DNA of 56,417 nt from a virus (Duplodnaviria; Caudoviricetes): the IMG/VR virus record IMGVR_UViG_3300028586_000760, positions 1-56,417 of that record. One strand, given 5' to 3'. Of the stretch, positions 1 to 8,307 are shown piece by piece. The notes beneath the pieces were generated by a model that saw nothing but the letters and a program-made list of their open reading frames with translations, had not been told where the DNA came from and ran no database searches. Both the position numbers and the translations under genes were made by a program. Every line of letters begins with the position of its first letter. The first letter of the stretch is position 1.

Positions 1-1059
1 TCACTTCGTTGGCTTCACGGACTCGCCCGCGCGGCGATAAACCCGCTTCGTGATCTGCTTGTCGGTGTGCCCGAGCAGGCTGCTGGCGTCCTCCAGGCTG
101 GTCATTTCGCTGGCCGCTTTCGGGCGGATGTCGCGGAACTGGAACGCCTTGATGCGCTTCGCCAGGTCGGCCTTGCGGGCCTTCTCCGCGCCTTTTCCCG
201 CCTCCTTGCGCGCCGCCTCGAAGCGATCACGCAGCATCTTCATCGTGAGCAGCTGCCCGCGCTCGGCGCAGATCAGCTCCCCACTCATCGACTGCAGCGG
301 CCGCGCCAGGAGTCGGTCGACGCACGCGCCCAGCTCAGTCGGCTGGCCGTCGACGTGCAGCCGGATGCGCAGCACATGCCGGGTCTTGTTCTGCCGGACG
401 TGCAGCTCGTCGTTCCGGATGTCGTGCTTGCTCATCTTCAGGACGTCGGCCGGGCGCTGGCCCGACAGGTAGCTCAGGTCCATCGCATCGCGCAGCACCT
501 GGCCGCCGGCCGCGTACACCGCATCCCACACGTCGGCCTCGGCGTAGTAATCGCGCGGCGCCTCCTTGTTCTTGCGCACGCCGCGGCACGGGTTGTCCCG
601 CTTCGTGAATCCCCACTCGCGCGCCATATTGAAGACGTGAGAGAGCAGGGCGATCTCGCGATTGGCGCGTACCGGCGCCGACCTCGCGTCCCTGTATCGC
701 GCGATGTCCTGCGGGCTGATCGCCTCGATCGGCGCGCTGTCGAACAGGGGGCGCAACTGCGCCAGACAGAGGCGATTCTCTCGCTGCGTTGACGGCTTCT
801 TCTTCGGCAGGATGTCGCGCTCGTACTGGTCGAAGGCGTACTTCATGAGCGAGGCATCCGGTGGAACCTCCTTACACTCGAGCTCGGCCCACTTTCGGAC
901 CGCTGCGTGCAGGTCGGTGCCGAGCGGGATCTCCTTGCGATTGCCCTTTTCGTCGCGGCCGTTGTAGTAGTAGCCGATCCAGGTCTCGCCGGATTTCAAT
1001 TTTCTTTTCCGCGCGAGCATGCGCGGCGGCAATTTCCTGCCGGTAGTTTTCGGGCGCAT
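1..1059 (-). CDS. int: Tyrosine recombinase (phage integrase)
   Basis: Catalytic motifs GQRPADVL, FRDIRPKAAS, LLGH, and Tyr in KRVYRR; N-terminal arm-binding-like segment. Confidence 0.95.
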   Translation of the reverse strand: MRPKTTGRKLPPRMLARKRKLKSGETWIGYYYNGRDEKGNRKEIPLGTDLHAAVRKWAELECKEVPPDASLMKYAFDQYERDILPKKKPSTQRENRLCLAQLRPLFDSAPIEAISPQDIARYRDARSAPVRANREIALLSHVFNMAREWGFTKRDNPCRGVRKNKEAPRDYYAEADVWDAVYAAGGQVLRDAMDLSYLSGQRPADVLKMSKHDIRNDELHVRQNKTRHVLRIRLHVDGQPTELGACVDRLLARPLQSMSGELICAERGQLLTMKMLRDRFEAARKEAGKGAEKARKADLAKRIKAFQFRDIRPKAASEMTSLEDASSLLGHTDKQITKRVYRRAGESVKPTK

Positions 1060-1069
1060 CGATTACCTG

Positions 1070-1327
1070 TTATCGAACCTTGGAAAAATCCGGCTGCCAA
1101 CCGCTCGTCTCCGGCGCGGCCAGCTGCGCCGGATTGATGCCGGCCAGCTTCAGCCTAGCGTAGAGCCGGCCGATGATCGGCGCGCCGGCGCGGTTCCGGA
1201 TAAAAAGCCAGCCATTATTGGACAGCCATTCGATCTGGTCGTTTTGACGCCGGCACCCCGAGATTTCCGAGATCTCGTCGGCGCTCAGCGTCTCGGACGG
1301 CAGTTGCATTTCAAATATTGCACCCAT
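1070..1327 (-). CDS. xis: Excisionase-like protein (DUF4224-like)
   Basis: Small basic ORF directly upstream of int; LSADEISEISG...QIEWL..NGW.F; AGGAG RBS before ATG 1327. Confidence 0.75.
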   Translation of the reverse strand: MGAIFEMQLPSETLSADEISEISGCRRQNDQIEWLSNNGWLFIRNRAGAPIIGRLYARLKLAGINPAQLAAPETSGWQPDFSKVR

Positions 1328-1335
1328 ACTGTCTC

Positions 1336-1545
1336 CTATTCCATTCCTGATTCTGGCCGCTGCCGACGCTCCCTCGGCGGCGCGGACTCCCCATAGCCCG
1401 GCCGCACCGTCCCCGGTATAGCGGGGACGGGCCCGGTCGCCGACGCCGGCCGCGCGCGGCGGTCGCGATCCTGGCGCCGCACGCCCACCAGGCTCATGAG
1501 CCAGTCGCGGCACTGGCGACGCTCGCCTTTTCGTTTGTCAGGCAT
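1336..1545 (-). CDS. Hypothetical Arg-rich protein
   Basis: Overlaps upstream gene end; RBS GAAGG; operon context. Confidence 0.5.
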   Translation of the reverse strand: MPDKRKGERRQCRDWLMSLVGVRRQDRDRRARPASATGPVPAIPGTVRPGYGESAPPRERRQRPESGME

Positions 1546-1777
1546 TGCTCGAACCTTCCTTCGCTACTGGCTGCGCGAGTGCTGTCCGTTCTGCTGCGGC
1601 GCCTGCTTCGTATGCTATTTTTACCAGGGCATGCAGACGGCCTGTATCGCGCTGCGCCCATACCAGCATCGACTTACGCACGTCGGTTTCGATGGATGTC
1701 CACCAGTCCAGATGGCTGCGCGGCGCCCGCTCTGCTTCGTTGCCCTTGTCAGGGCAGGGTTGGGTATGGTCAGCCAT
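1538..1777 (-). CDS. Hypothetical phage protein
   Basis: AGGAG RBS; coupled to neighbours. Confidence 0.6.
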   Translation of the reverse strand: MADHTQPCPDKGNEAERAPRSHLDWWTSIETDVRKSMLVWAQRDTGRLHALVKIAYEAGAAAERTALAQPVAKEGSSNA

Positions 1778-2045
1778 GGGTTAGCTCCTGTGGGGCGTCC
1801 TTAAATTCTCCGCACACATGATGTCGCGGCGTCATGATGTGGCCGGCGCCTGGCTGAATGCTGTAGCTGGTCGCGCCAAGCATCGCGAAGCGTTCTTCGC
1901 CAGATACCGGCACCGACCGGATGCACTCACCGACTACTGAGTTGTGCCACCGCCACCAGTCGCAGCCAGCGCAGCATGGGCCGTTGGCCTTGTAGAACGA
2001 ATCCACGATAGCCTGCGTGCGCTCCCACCTCAACGCGGCACTCAC
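1770..2045 (-). CDS. Cys-rich hypothetical protein, probable metal binder
   Basis: CCAGCDWW...C...HHVC; GTGA overlap with upstream gene. Confidence 0.65.
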   Translation of the reverse strand: MSAALRWERTQAIVDSFYKANGPCCAGCDWWRWHNSVVGECIRSVPVSGEERFAMLGATSYSIQPGAGHIMTPRHHVCGEFKDAPQELTHG

Positions 2046-3247
2046 TTGTCGCGCTCCTGCTTGGCGGCCGACATGGCGGTGATCTGCGCGTCGATCGCTT
2101 CATCAACGGTTTCGCGCGCGAATTTGACGTTTTTGAAGGCTGAGCCGACCGACAGATAGAAGGCGCAGATGCCTGGCTCGCTCTTGTCGCGCAGCCAGCG
2201 ATACCGCGCCGCATCCTTTGCATCATCTGCCGGCGCTGCGCCCTGACTGGCCGTGCTGGTGGCGGGTGCTCTGGCGCGCCACTCAGCCAGCTTTTCGGCT
2301 AGCCGGTCGCGCAGCGGGTCCGCGCCGGGTTCCATGCTGGCAGTGGTTGCGCGCCCCAGGAACACCATGACCCTGCGCGCCAGTTCGCTGTCGTCCACCG
2401 TGTAATTGTCCGGCAGACCGTCCGCGTCCGCAGCGGGTATTCTGTCGGCGCAGCTGGCCCGATTACTGTCGAAGCAGGCTTGTTTGTGAACCAGGTCGTA
2501 CCGCATGTCCATCAAGTCAGCACGCCACACGATGCAGGCTTGATCCGGCACTGGCCACGGTTGCTGGATCACGAAAGCGCGTTCCAGCCGGTCATATGCT
2601 TTCGCGCGGTCTTCTTGCTCCATGGCGAACGGATGGACGCGGCCCAGCATGTCCAGCATTTCGTCGGTCGGATCGGCCAGGCCACCCGCGTTGGCAGCGG
2701 CAGCTTTCTCGCTCTGTGCCGGCTGGGCTGCGGCTTGCTGGGCGAGAGTGACGCGAACCATTCTCGCGAAAGCCAAAGCGTCGAGCGTGTGCAGCTTTTC
2801 ACCAGACTTCGTGATAACCCACGTTCCATTGACAGTCCAGCTCAACTCGCTAACGATTTCCAGGAGCGCAGCCTTATCTTCTTCGGTCACAACCCGCGCG
2901 ACTTGCTCCACATCCCATGCGGCAGAAACTGGCTTCGCCACTACCGGCAGTGCAGCGCGGCGGGCGAGAGCGATAAGTTCCAGCGCGGCGACAGGGTTGA
3001 CGGCGGCGATAAAGTCGGCATTGGATTTGGGGCAGGCCACATCGCCGTAACCGCGATGCGCAGTGCCGTGCAAAACGCCTCCATCTTTTCCGTCCGCGCC
3101 GGTAAGGCGGGTAGTGCTGTTGCTCGTCCACCAGGCCCAAGGGCCCGGCGTCGCCGCGCGCGCCAGTTCTTCCAGCTTGTCCAGTTCAGCCGCTGAGAGC
3201 CGGTCTATTCCGGCCAGGGTGGCGGCCGGGGTGTTGGTGGTATTCAT
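2042..3247 (-). CDS. Ead/Ea22-like mosaic early protein
   Basis: LEELARAATPGPW and NADFIAAVNP..ALELI motifs; C-terminal DAARYRWLRD module. Confidence 0.75.
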   Translation of the reverse strand: MNTTNTPAATLAGIDRLSAAELDKLEELARAATPGPWAWWTSNSTTRLTGADGKDGGVLHGTAHRGYGDVACPKSNADFIAAVNPVAALELIALARRAALPVVAKPVSAAWDVEQVARVVTEEDKAALLEIVSELSWTVNGTWVITKSGEKLHTLDALAFARMVRVTLAQQAAAQPAQSEKAAAANAGGLADPTDEMLDMLGRVHPFAMEQEDRAKAYDRLERAFVIQQPWPVPDQACIVWRADLMDMRYDLVHKQACFDSNRASCADRIPAADADGLPDNYTVDDSELARRVMVFLGRATTASMEPGADPLRDRLAEKLAEWRARAPATSTASQGAAPADDAKDAARYRWLRDKSEPGICAFYLSVGSAFKNVKFARETVDEAIDAQITAMSAAKQERDK

Positions 3248-3250
3248 GGC

Positions 3251-3427
3251 TCAGTCCTCGCAGTCTTTTTCCATATCGGCCAACTTGGCCAGTGCGCGCT
3301 CGACGAGCGCCGCCTGTTCTTCGTCACTGGAAACCGGGACCGGCACGAAGTTGACGCCCAGCTTGACGAATACGTTGGCGAGTTCGAGCGCCTTGCGCAG
3401 CTGGGCTGGGGATGCGCGCTCGATCAC
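3251..3427 (-). CDS. DUF1382-like small phage protein
   Basis: ASPAQLRKALELAN...GVNFVPVPV; GTG start after AAGGAG. Confidence 0.65.
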   Translation of the reverse strand: MIERASPAQLRKALELANVFVKLGVNFVPVPVSSDEEQAALVERALAKLADMEKDCED

Positions 3428-4620
3428 GATGCATCTCCTTTCGCTGCGGCCTGATCGCCCTTGCTGGCGGTGCGCAGGGCGCGGCGTGCCCACACCCATA
3501 CCGGGCCGTCTTCGGTGTTATGGATGGAGAACGTAAACCAGCCTTCACCAGCAGGCGCTTCGGGTGCCCAGCTGCTCGCATCGCATTCGCCGCGCTCGAA
3601 CCATGCGTCGTACAGTGGATGCTCGGGGTAGCTCTCCAAGCACTTGTATTTCACCTCCAGACCGACGGCTTTTACCCAAGCGCTGAACGACTTGTGATCT
3701 TCATCGAAATTCGGGATGCCCGGGTGCGACCACCAGCCGTTTTCGTCGCGCTCGACTGGCATAGGGCCAATCTCAAAACGCGCCCGCACCTCGGATGGAT
3801 TGAGTGCTGGAGCGGCGAGAGGGGCGACATAGCCGCTGTGCTTGTCGAAGTCGTAGCCCTTGTCCCACATTTCGGGGCGCTCGGCGCGTTCGCCAATCAG
3901 ATAGCTCATGAAGTCAGCTTCGTATCGCACTCGGTCCGGGTATTCGGACCGCGAGAACGTGTAATGGTCCGTGCCGAAGAAGTCCGCGCCTTTTCGCATC
4001 AGCGTGGCGGTAAAATTGCTCTTACCATTCGACTCGGGCATGGCGCCATACCAGACAGTCAGATCAGGCTTCGCGGAACCCGCCGTGCCCTGCGCCACTG
4101 GAGCGGCGAGGTAGGCGCGAGCGCGAGTCACCAAGCATTCGGCAGTGTGCTCATCCCCGTCCGCCTGGCTGGTTTGGCAATCGGCGCAGTACATGGTTTC
4201 GCCGTCGTACCCCCGCTCCGCGTAGCCGGCCGCAGCTGCTTTTACGCACTCCATCACGATGGGGTCAAGGGAACCCGCCGTGCTCGGGTTATCTGCCGAT
4301 GCAGTAGTGCCGATGCGCTGGATGGTCACGACCCCGTCGCGCCGGCCGATGATCCGGAACGGCTGGTTTTCCGGCATTGCATGGGCGAAGTCTTCGAACA
4401 GGCCGCCTGCGTACTTGATGCCGTGGATTTCCACGATGTCGCGCGCCTGGTCGTACTTGAACCAGTCCGGCGCGACGTTGATGCCAGCTTCAGCCGCGGC
4501 ACGCGCCCGGCGCAGGCCGTCGACCACGCCTTCCAGGTTGGATTTCTCCGATTCCAATTGCTTGATGCAGGCGCGCAGGGATTCGGTGTCCCGCGGGGTT
4601 TTCTCGCTCTCGTTCGACAT
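3424..4620 (-). CDS. Multi-module hypothetical early protein
   Basis: 398-aa ORF with RBS; recurring phage modules LTVWYGAMPESNG and RDENGWWSHP...GEGWF..SIH.TEDGP. Confidence 0.75.
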   Translation of the reverse strand: MSNESEKTPRDTESLRACIKQLESEKSNLEGVVDGLRRARAAAEAGINVAPDWFKYDQARDIVEIHGIKYAGGLFEDFAHAMPENQPFRIIGRRDGVVTIQRIGTTASADNPSTAGSLDPIVMECVKAAAAGYAERGYDGETMYCADCQTSQADGDEHTAECLVTRARAYLAAPVAQGTAGSAKPDLTVWYGAMPESNGKSNFTATLMRKGADFFGTDHYTFSRSEYPDRVRYEADFMSYLIGERAERPEMWDKGYDFDKHSGYVAPLAAPALNPSEVRARFEIGPMPVERDENGWWSHPGIPNFDEDHKSFSAWVKAVGLEVKYKCLESYPEHPLYDAWFERGECDASSWAPEAPAGEGWFTFSIHNTEDGPVWVWARRALRTASKGDQAAAKGDAS

Positions 4621-4633
4621 GGTCTGCTCCTGA

Positions 4634-4822
4634 TTATTTGGTTGTGTCGCGCGGCTGGTCTGCGCCGGCGGGCGCCGGCAGCGCGGCCTCGGTAGCGCGG
4701 GCCTTGCGCTCGCGCTCGACGGCAGCGTCGTGATCCAGCTGGGCGAGATCCGCGTAATACCGTCGCGACCGGATGGCGCGCGGGTAGGTCGGCGCCGACT
4801 GGAGGATGCGCCGGCGCTTCAT
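4634..4822 (-). CDS. Hypothetical protein (MKRRRILQ...)
   Basis: ATGA overlap with rdgC stop; ends before the RBS of the next gene. Confidence 0.55.
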   Translation of the reverse strand: MKRRRILQSAPTYPRAIRSRRYYADLAQLDHDAAVERERKARATEAALPAPAGADQPRDTTK

Positions 4823-5718
4823 CCCCGCGCCTCGCCGCCCAGGGCCTCGACCAGGTCGACCAGCATCTTGGCCAGCTCGCCGGTCATCAGCATCATGTCG
4901 TTGTCGAAGCGCTCGTCGTCGCTGTAGGTGACGGATTCGCCTTCCTTGATGACGTCGAGCGGCTTGATGCTCTTGATCGCCAGGCCCTCGGTGAGCACGA
5001 ACGAGATCCGGCTGTTCCAGGTCATGGCCAGGCGCCGGCACTGCTTGCCGCCGGCGATATGGCGACGAATGTCTTCCGGATCCAGCGAGTGCTTCACGTA
5101 GCGCACGGTCGCGCGGCTTTCACCGGTGGCGCGCAGCTCGGTGTCCTGGTCGATGGTGAAGTTGTAGGGCGCTTCGTCGGTTTCGAGCCAGGCGGTCATC
5201 ATGGCCGTCGGCGAGCTGTGCACGCGCACCGATTCCAGCGGCATCTTGTCGACCGCCTTCAGCAGCAGCTTGATCACGTCGTCGGCCTTGCTCGGGCTCG
5301 GCGTGTCGACCACGAGCCAGCCGTTGACCCGGTCGATCCAGACCCGCGTGGCGCCGCGGATCGAGAACGCGCGCGGCAGCAGCTCGTCGGCCACGCGCTC
5401 CTTCAGTTCCTTCATGGCCTTCTTCCCAGGCGGGAAACCCTGCTGCTCTTCCAGCTCGGTGGCCTTGGCCTTCGCGACCTGGTTGATCACCGAGCCCGGA
5501 AGCAGCTTCTTCTCGGTCGCCAGCTGCAGCAGGTACTGGCCGTTCACAACATGCACGAGCGGCGTGTCGGCGCCGCGCGGCGGCTCCCAGCCCTGGCGCA
5601 GCAGCGCGGCGCTCGACGGCGGCGTGAAGGCCTGCGCCTGGAGCGCGGCGGCCAGCTGGTCGGCGGTGAATGCCCAGGGCGCAGGCAGGCGGTAAAGCTG
5701 GAGGTTTCGAAACCACAT
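4819..5718 (-). CDS. rdgC: Recombination-associated protein RdgC
   Basis: MWFRNLQLYRL start, EKKLLPGSVI, LLPRAF, C-terminal ALGGE. Confidence 0.93.
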   Translation of the reverse strand: MWFRNLQLYRLPAPWAFTADQLAAALQAQAFTPPSSAALLRQGWEPPRGADTPLVHVVNGQYLLQLATEKKLLPGSVINQVAKAKATELEEQQGFPPGKKAMKELKERVADELLPRAFSIRGATRVWIDRVNGWLVVDTPSPSKADDVIKLLLKAVDKMPLESVRVHSSPTAMMTAWLETDEAPYNFTIDQDTELRATGESRATVRYVKHSLDPEDIRRHIAGGKQCRRLAMTWNSRISFVLTEGLAIKSIKPLDVIKEGESVTYSDDERFDNDMMLMTGELAKMLVDLVEALGGEARG

Positions 5719-5741
5719 CTCTTGGAACTCCTTCGTTTTCG

Positions 5742-5876
5742 TTATTGGTGTGCGATGAAAATTCGGTACTCGGGCTCGGCCTGCTGGAGCGCCAGATCGT
5801 CGGCGCGCTGGACCTCGGCCAGCAGGATGAGCAGGGCGGCCAGGCCCACGAGGGCGGCGCCGGCGCGGCGGATCAC
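5742..5876 (-). CDS. 44-aa single-TM peptide
   Basis: GTGA-coupled; VIRRAGAALVGLAALLILLAE; below ORF-track cutoff. Confidence 0.55.
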   Translation of the reverse strand: MIRRAGAALVGLAALLILLAEVQRADDLALQQAEPEYRIFIAHQ

Positions 5877-5980
5877 AGCGACACCGCCCGGCTCAGCGCG
5901 ATCAGGACGGCCATGGCCAGCGCTGTGCTGCAGCAGACGGCATACCGGAACATGCGATTTGCAACCTGGTGGCGGCTCAT
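5873..5980 (-). CDS. 35-aa hydrophobic peptide
   Basis: ATGA-coupled; YAVCCSTALAMAVLIAL. Confidence 0.55.
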   Translation of the reverse strand: MSRHQVANRMFRYAVCCSTALAMAVLIALSRAVSL

Positions 5981-6099
5981 TGCGGCCCCGCCGGATCGAG
6001 CAGCGAAGCCAGGCAGATGACCAGGAACAGCAGGGCCAGCATCAGGCCCGGATGGCGGTCGGTGTCTTCGATACGGTGCAGCAGCAGGAAGCGGATCAT
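5977..6099 (-). CDS. 40-aa single-TM peptide
   Basis: GGAG RBS; GLMLALLFLVICLASLL. Confidence 0.55.
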   Translation of the reverse strand: MIRFLLLHRIEDTDRHPGLMLALLFLVICLASLLDPAGPQ

Positions 6100-6164
6100 C
6101 GTGAACTCCGGTCTATTCGTTGTGCACTGGCGCCGTGCCGGCGGCTCGATATCGAGCGAAAGGG

Positions 6165-6419
6165 TTACTGCTGCGCGGGCCTAGCGATTCGCCCAAGCAC
6201 CGCGCCGTCGGGCAGGCGATACCAGTCGAACAGCACGTCGATCGGGACCTGCGTCTTGCGCTGAATTTGGTCCAGCGTGTCCAGCCTCACCCCGACCTGC
6301 TTTCCTTTGCTCAGTCGCGTGACGACAGCCGGCTCGATGTCCAGCAGGACCGCACACTGGTGATGGTTGCGTGCGCCGGTCCACTGCATGACGCCCTCGA
6401 TGATGTGCTTGGCGGTCAT
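6165..6419 (-). CDS. Small HTH-type DNA-binding protein
   Basis: HTH-like NHHQCAVLLDIEPAVVTRLSKGK; resembles 13286-13579. Confidence 0.6.
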   Translation of the reverse strand: MTAKHIIEGVMQWTGARNHHQCAVLLDIEPAVVTRLSKGKQVGVRLDTLDQIQRKTQVPIDVLFDWYRLPDGAVLGRIARPAQQ

Positions 6420-6421
6420 GG

Positions 6422-6862
6422 TTATTGGCCCGCCCGGGCTTCGAGCTCGGCGATCGCGGCGCGCACGATCGCGGCCATCGTTGCCGCATCGGGGCTCGGG
6501 TGTTCGCAGTAGCGCTCCGTGGTGTTGCGCCGGCGGTTGCCGGTGCCGGCGGAAACCGTGCCTTCATCCTGGTCGTGGACGATGGTCAGGCCCAGCTCGA
6601 CCTGCAGCGGTCCGGCGCCGGACCAATCGCGACGCCAGCACGGCGGCGGGGAGGGCTGCGCTCCGGCGAACGACAACCGCGGCTGCCCGCCGAGCGAGAA
6701 TGCGTGGCCCATGCGCGCCGCCTGAATGATCGGTGCCGTTTGGGTCAGCACGATCGGCGGGTTGAAGCGGCGGCGGAATTTCGGATGCAGGAACGCGAGC
6801 TTGATCTCGTCCTTGACGCACTCGGCCAGGTATTCATGCTGCCATTCGATTTGCGTGCTCAT
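6422..6862 (-). CDS. Hypothetical protein
   Basis: ATGA-coupled ORF in PL operon. Confidence 0.65.
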   Translation of the reverse strand: MSTQIEWQHEYLAECVKDEIKLAFLHPKFRRRFNPPIVLTQTAPIIQAARMGHAFSLGGQPRLSFAGAQPSPPPCWRRDWSGAGPLQVELGLTIVHDQDEGTVSAGTGNRRRNTTERYCEHPSPDAATMAAIVRAAIAELEARAGQ

Positions 6863-7116
6863 TGCGGCTTGTCCTTGTTGGTGTCTGCTGCGTCGAGCAG
6901 CGGGTTTTGGCCGTGGATCACCTGCTTGCTGAATCCACTCATCAGATCAGCCGCGTCCGGGTAGTCCGCCTCCAGGCCGCCAGTCAGATAGGCGACAAAC
7001 GCGACCAGGCGCTGGTATTTGCGACCGTAGTAGTCGCTGGACGGATACTTCGCATCGCCCTCGTTTGCTGCATTAATCGAGCGCTGGACCGCATCACGCA
7101 TCTGCTTCTTGTTCAT
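6859..7116 (-). CDS. Hypothetical protein
   Basis: GGAGG RBS; PL operon. Confidence 0.65.
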   Translation of the reverse strand: MNKKQMRDAVQRSINAANEGDAKYPSSDYYGRKYQRLVAFVAYLTGGLEADYPDAADLMSGFSKQVIHGQNPLLDAADTNKDKPQ

Positions 7117-7118
7117 GG

Positions 7119-7241
7119 TCAGGCGCCTCCCAGCAGGTTCCAGCCGGCGCAGAAAGCGATCGCCAGCGCGGTGACCGTCCAGCCGTCGACGAAGACGTCG
7201 TAGGCCGTGCGGTTGGGTTTCGTGGTGCTCATGCTGCTCAT
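7119..7241 (-). CDS. 40-aa peptide with hydrophobic C-terminus
   Basis: GGAGG RBS; ATGA-coupled to upstream gene. Confidence 0.55.
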   Translation of the reverse strand: MSSMSTTKPNRTAYDVFVDGWTVTALAIAFCAGWNLLGGA

Positions 7242-7399
7242 CGTGTCCTCCGGTTCGTCATCCCGCGCTCTACCTCAACCATGTGCCAGCCCAGCTGGCG
7301 CCGAATTTCTTCCAGGCTCGGCGGCGGCCTGTTCTCCCTGCTGCGCTGGTGCATCCAGCTGCGCACCACTTCTCGGTCGGGCTTGCTGGACTGCTTCAT
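7238..7399 (-). CDS. 53-aa Arg-rich protein, first gene after PL
   Basis: AGGAG RBS; MKQSSKPDREVVRSW...PPPSLEEIRRQLGW. Confidence 0.65.
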   Translation of the reverse strand: MKQSSKPDREVVRSWMHQRSRENRPPPSLEEIRRQLGWHMVEVERGMTNRRTR

Positions 7400-7427
7400 C
7401 GCTGGCTCCTGGTGAGGTTGCTGCGTC

Positions 7428-7488
7428 GATGTAGGTACTTTAGCGTACTAAATAAATGACTGCAAGCTCTTTCTTTAGTTTGCTAAAG
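7428..7488 (-). promoter_or_regulatory. PL promoter with operators OL1 (7439-7452) and OL2 (7474-7487)
   Basis: Minus strand TTGCAG-N17-TAAAGT; palindromes TTTAG-N4-CTAAA matching those between cI and cro. Confidence 0.85.
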
Positions 7489-7492
7489 TTTG

Positions 7493-7501
7493 TGCTATTA
7501 T
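7493..7501 (+). promoter_or_regulatory. Extended -10 promoter divergent from PL
   Basis: TG-C-TATTAT; its -35 region is covered by OL2. Confidence 0.5.
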
Positions 7502-7504
7502 GAT

Positions 7505-8000
7505 TCCGTCGCCTAAATTCTTGGCGGCAGCAAGCCTGGAGCAGGGAGGGGAACTCCGACGCGAACGGCCCAGAGAGCAACCGAGCTGACGGATTCAGCC
7601 GCCCTACATGCAGAAAACACACAGGTGTAGGGGGATAGGTGAGACTGCGACCTGGTGAAAGAAACGGGGGGGCAAGGGTGAGACTCACACAGGGTGGCGA
7701 AGAGAGAGCCCTGTACCCGAAAGTCTGTCGGATGGTGCCTCGGGCGCGCACGCGTGCCTGTCGAGCTAACACCTGAAGGAAGCGACCACGTACGCGCTCG
7801 CGCTCGCGCTCGTACGCGTACTAGCTAAAGCTTGGGGGCTGGGGGCTAAAGAAAAAAAGTAGGCAACAAGAAATAAACCGCCGAGCGCAAAGCGCGAGAG
7901 CTTTACGAAGTAAAGCGTGCAGCGAAGCGGCGCAGTAGAAGCGTGATTGATTAGGTAACAGATGCGTTATCTAAATTCTGAGCATGAGTTATCTAATACG
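7505..8000 (+). other. Structured non-coding tract (candidate ncRNA or origin)
   Basis: No credible ORF; hairpins, direct repeats, G-tracts and A-tract. Confidence 0.5.
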
Positions 8001-8027
8001 CGCGAGGGCGCAGGAGGGCTGGAGGCG

Positions 8028-8219
8028 ATGACCAAATTGAATGTGCCGTACGCGGAAAAAGATGAGGCGCGCCGCCTGGGCGCCAGGTGGGATGGGGAGC
8101 GGAAGACCTGGTACGCGCCAGCTGGGTCGATGCTCACCACGTTTGAGCGCTGGCTGCCGAAGTTCGATTTGAAATCGCCGCGCGGCACACGCAAGCCACG
8201 GAAGCGCCGCTCAAAGTAG
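8028..8219 (+). CDS. DUF5710-like small protein
   Basis: LNVPYAEKDEARRLGARWD...KTWY motif; GGAGG RBS. Confidence 0.8.
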   Translation: MTKLNVPYAEKDEARRLGARWDGERKTWYAPAGSMLTTFERWLPKFDLKSPRGTRKPRKRRSK

Positions 8220-8265
8220 TGCCGGCCCAGGCGCTACCGTACGCGAAAGCCGGCGCCCTGGGCTT

Positions 8266-8289
8266 AAAAAAGCCCGCTCGAAGCGGGCT
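8266..8289 (-). terminator. Intrinsic terminator
   Basis: AGCCCGCT-CGA-AGCGGGCT hairpin with U-tract on minus strand, between convergent genes. Confidence 0.75.
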
Positions 8290-8307
8290 GGCTGTCAGTT
8301 AAAGGTT

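Noticed and set aside
1-60. attL/attR core repeats
   Set aside because: Window begins at the integrase stop and ends at a gene stop, so the flanks are absent; tRNA-Gly is internal and not an att site
7440-7772. 110-aa minus-strand ORF
   Set aside because: Runs through the PL operators, has no RBS and atypical composition; treated as non-coding but not excluded
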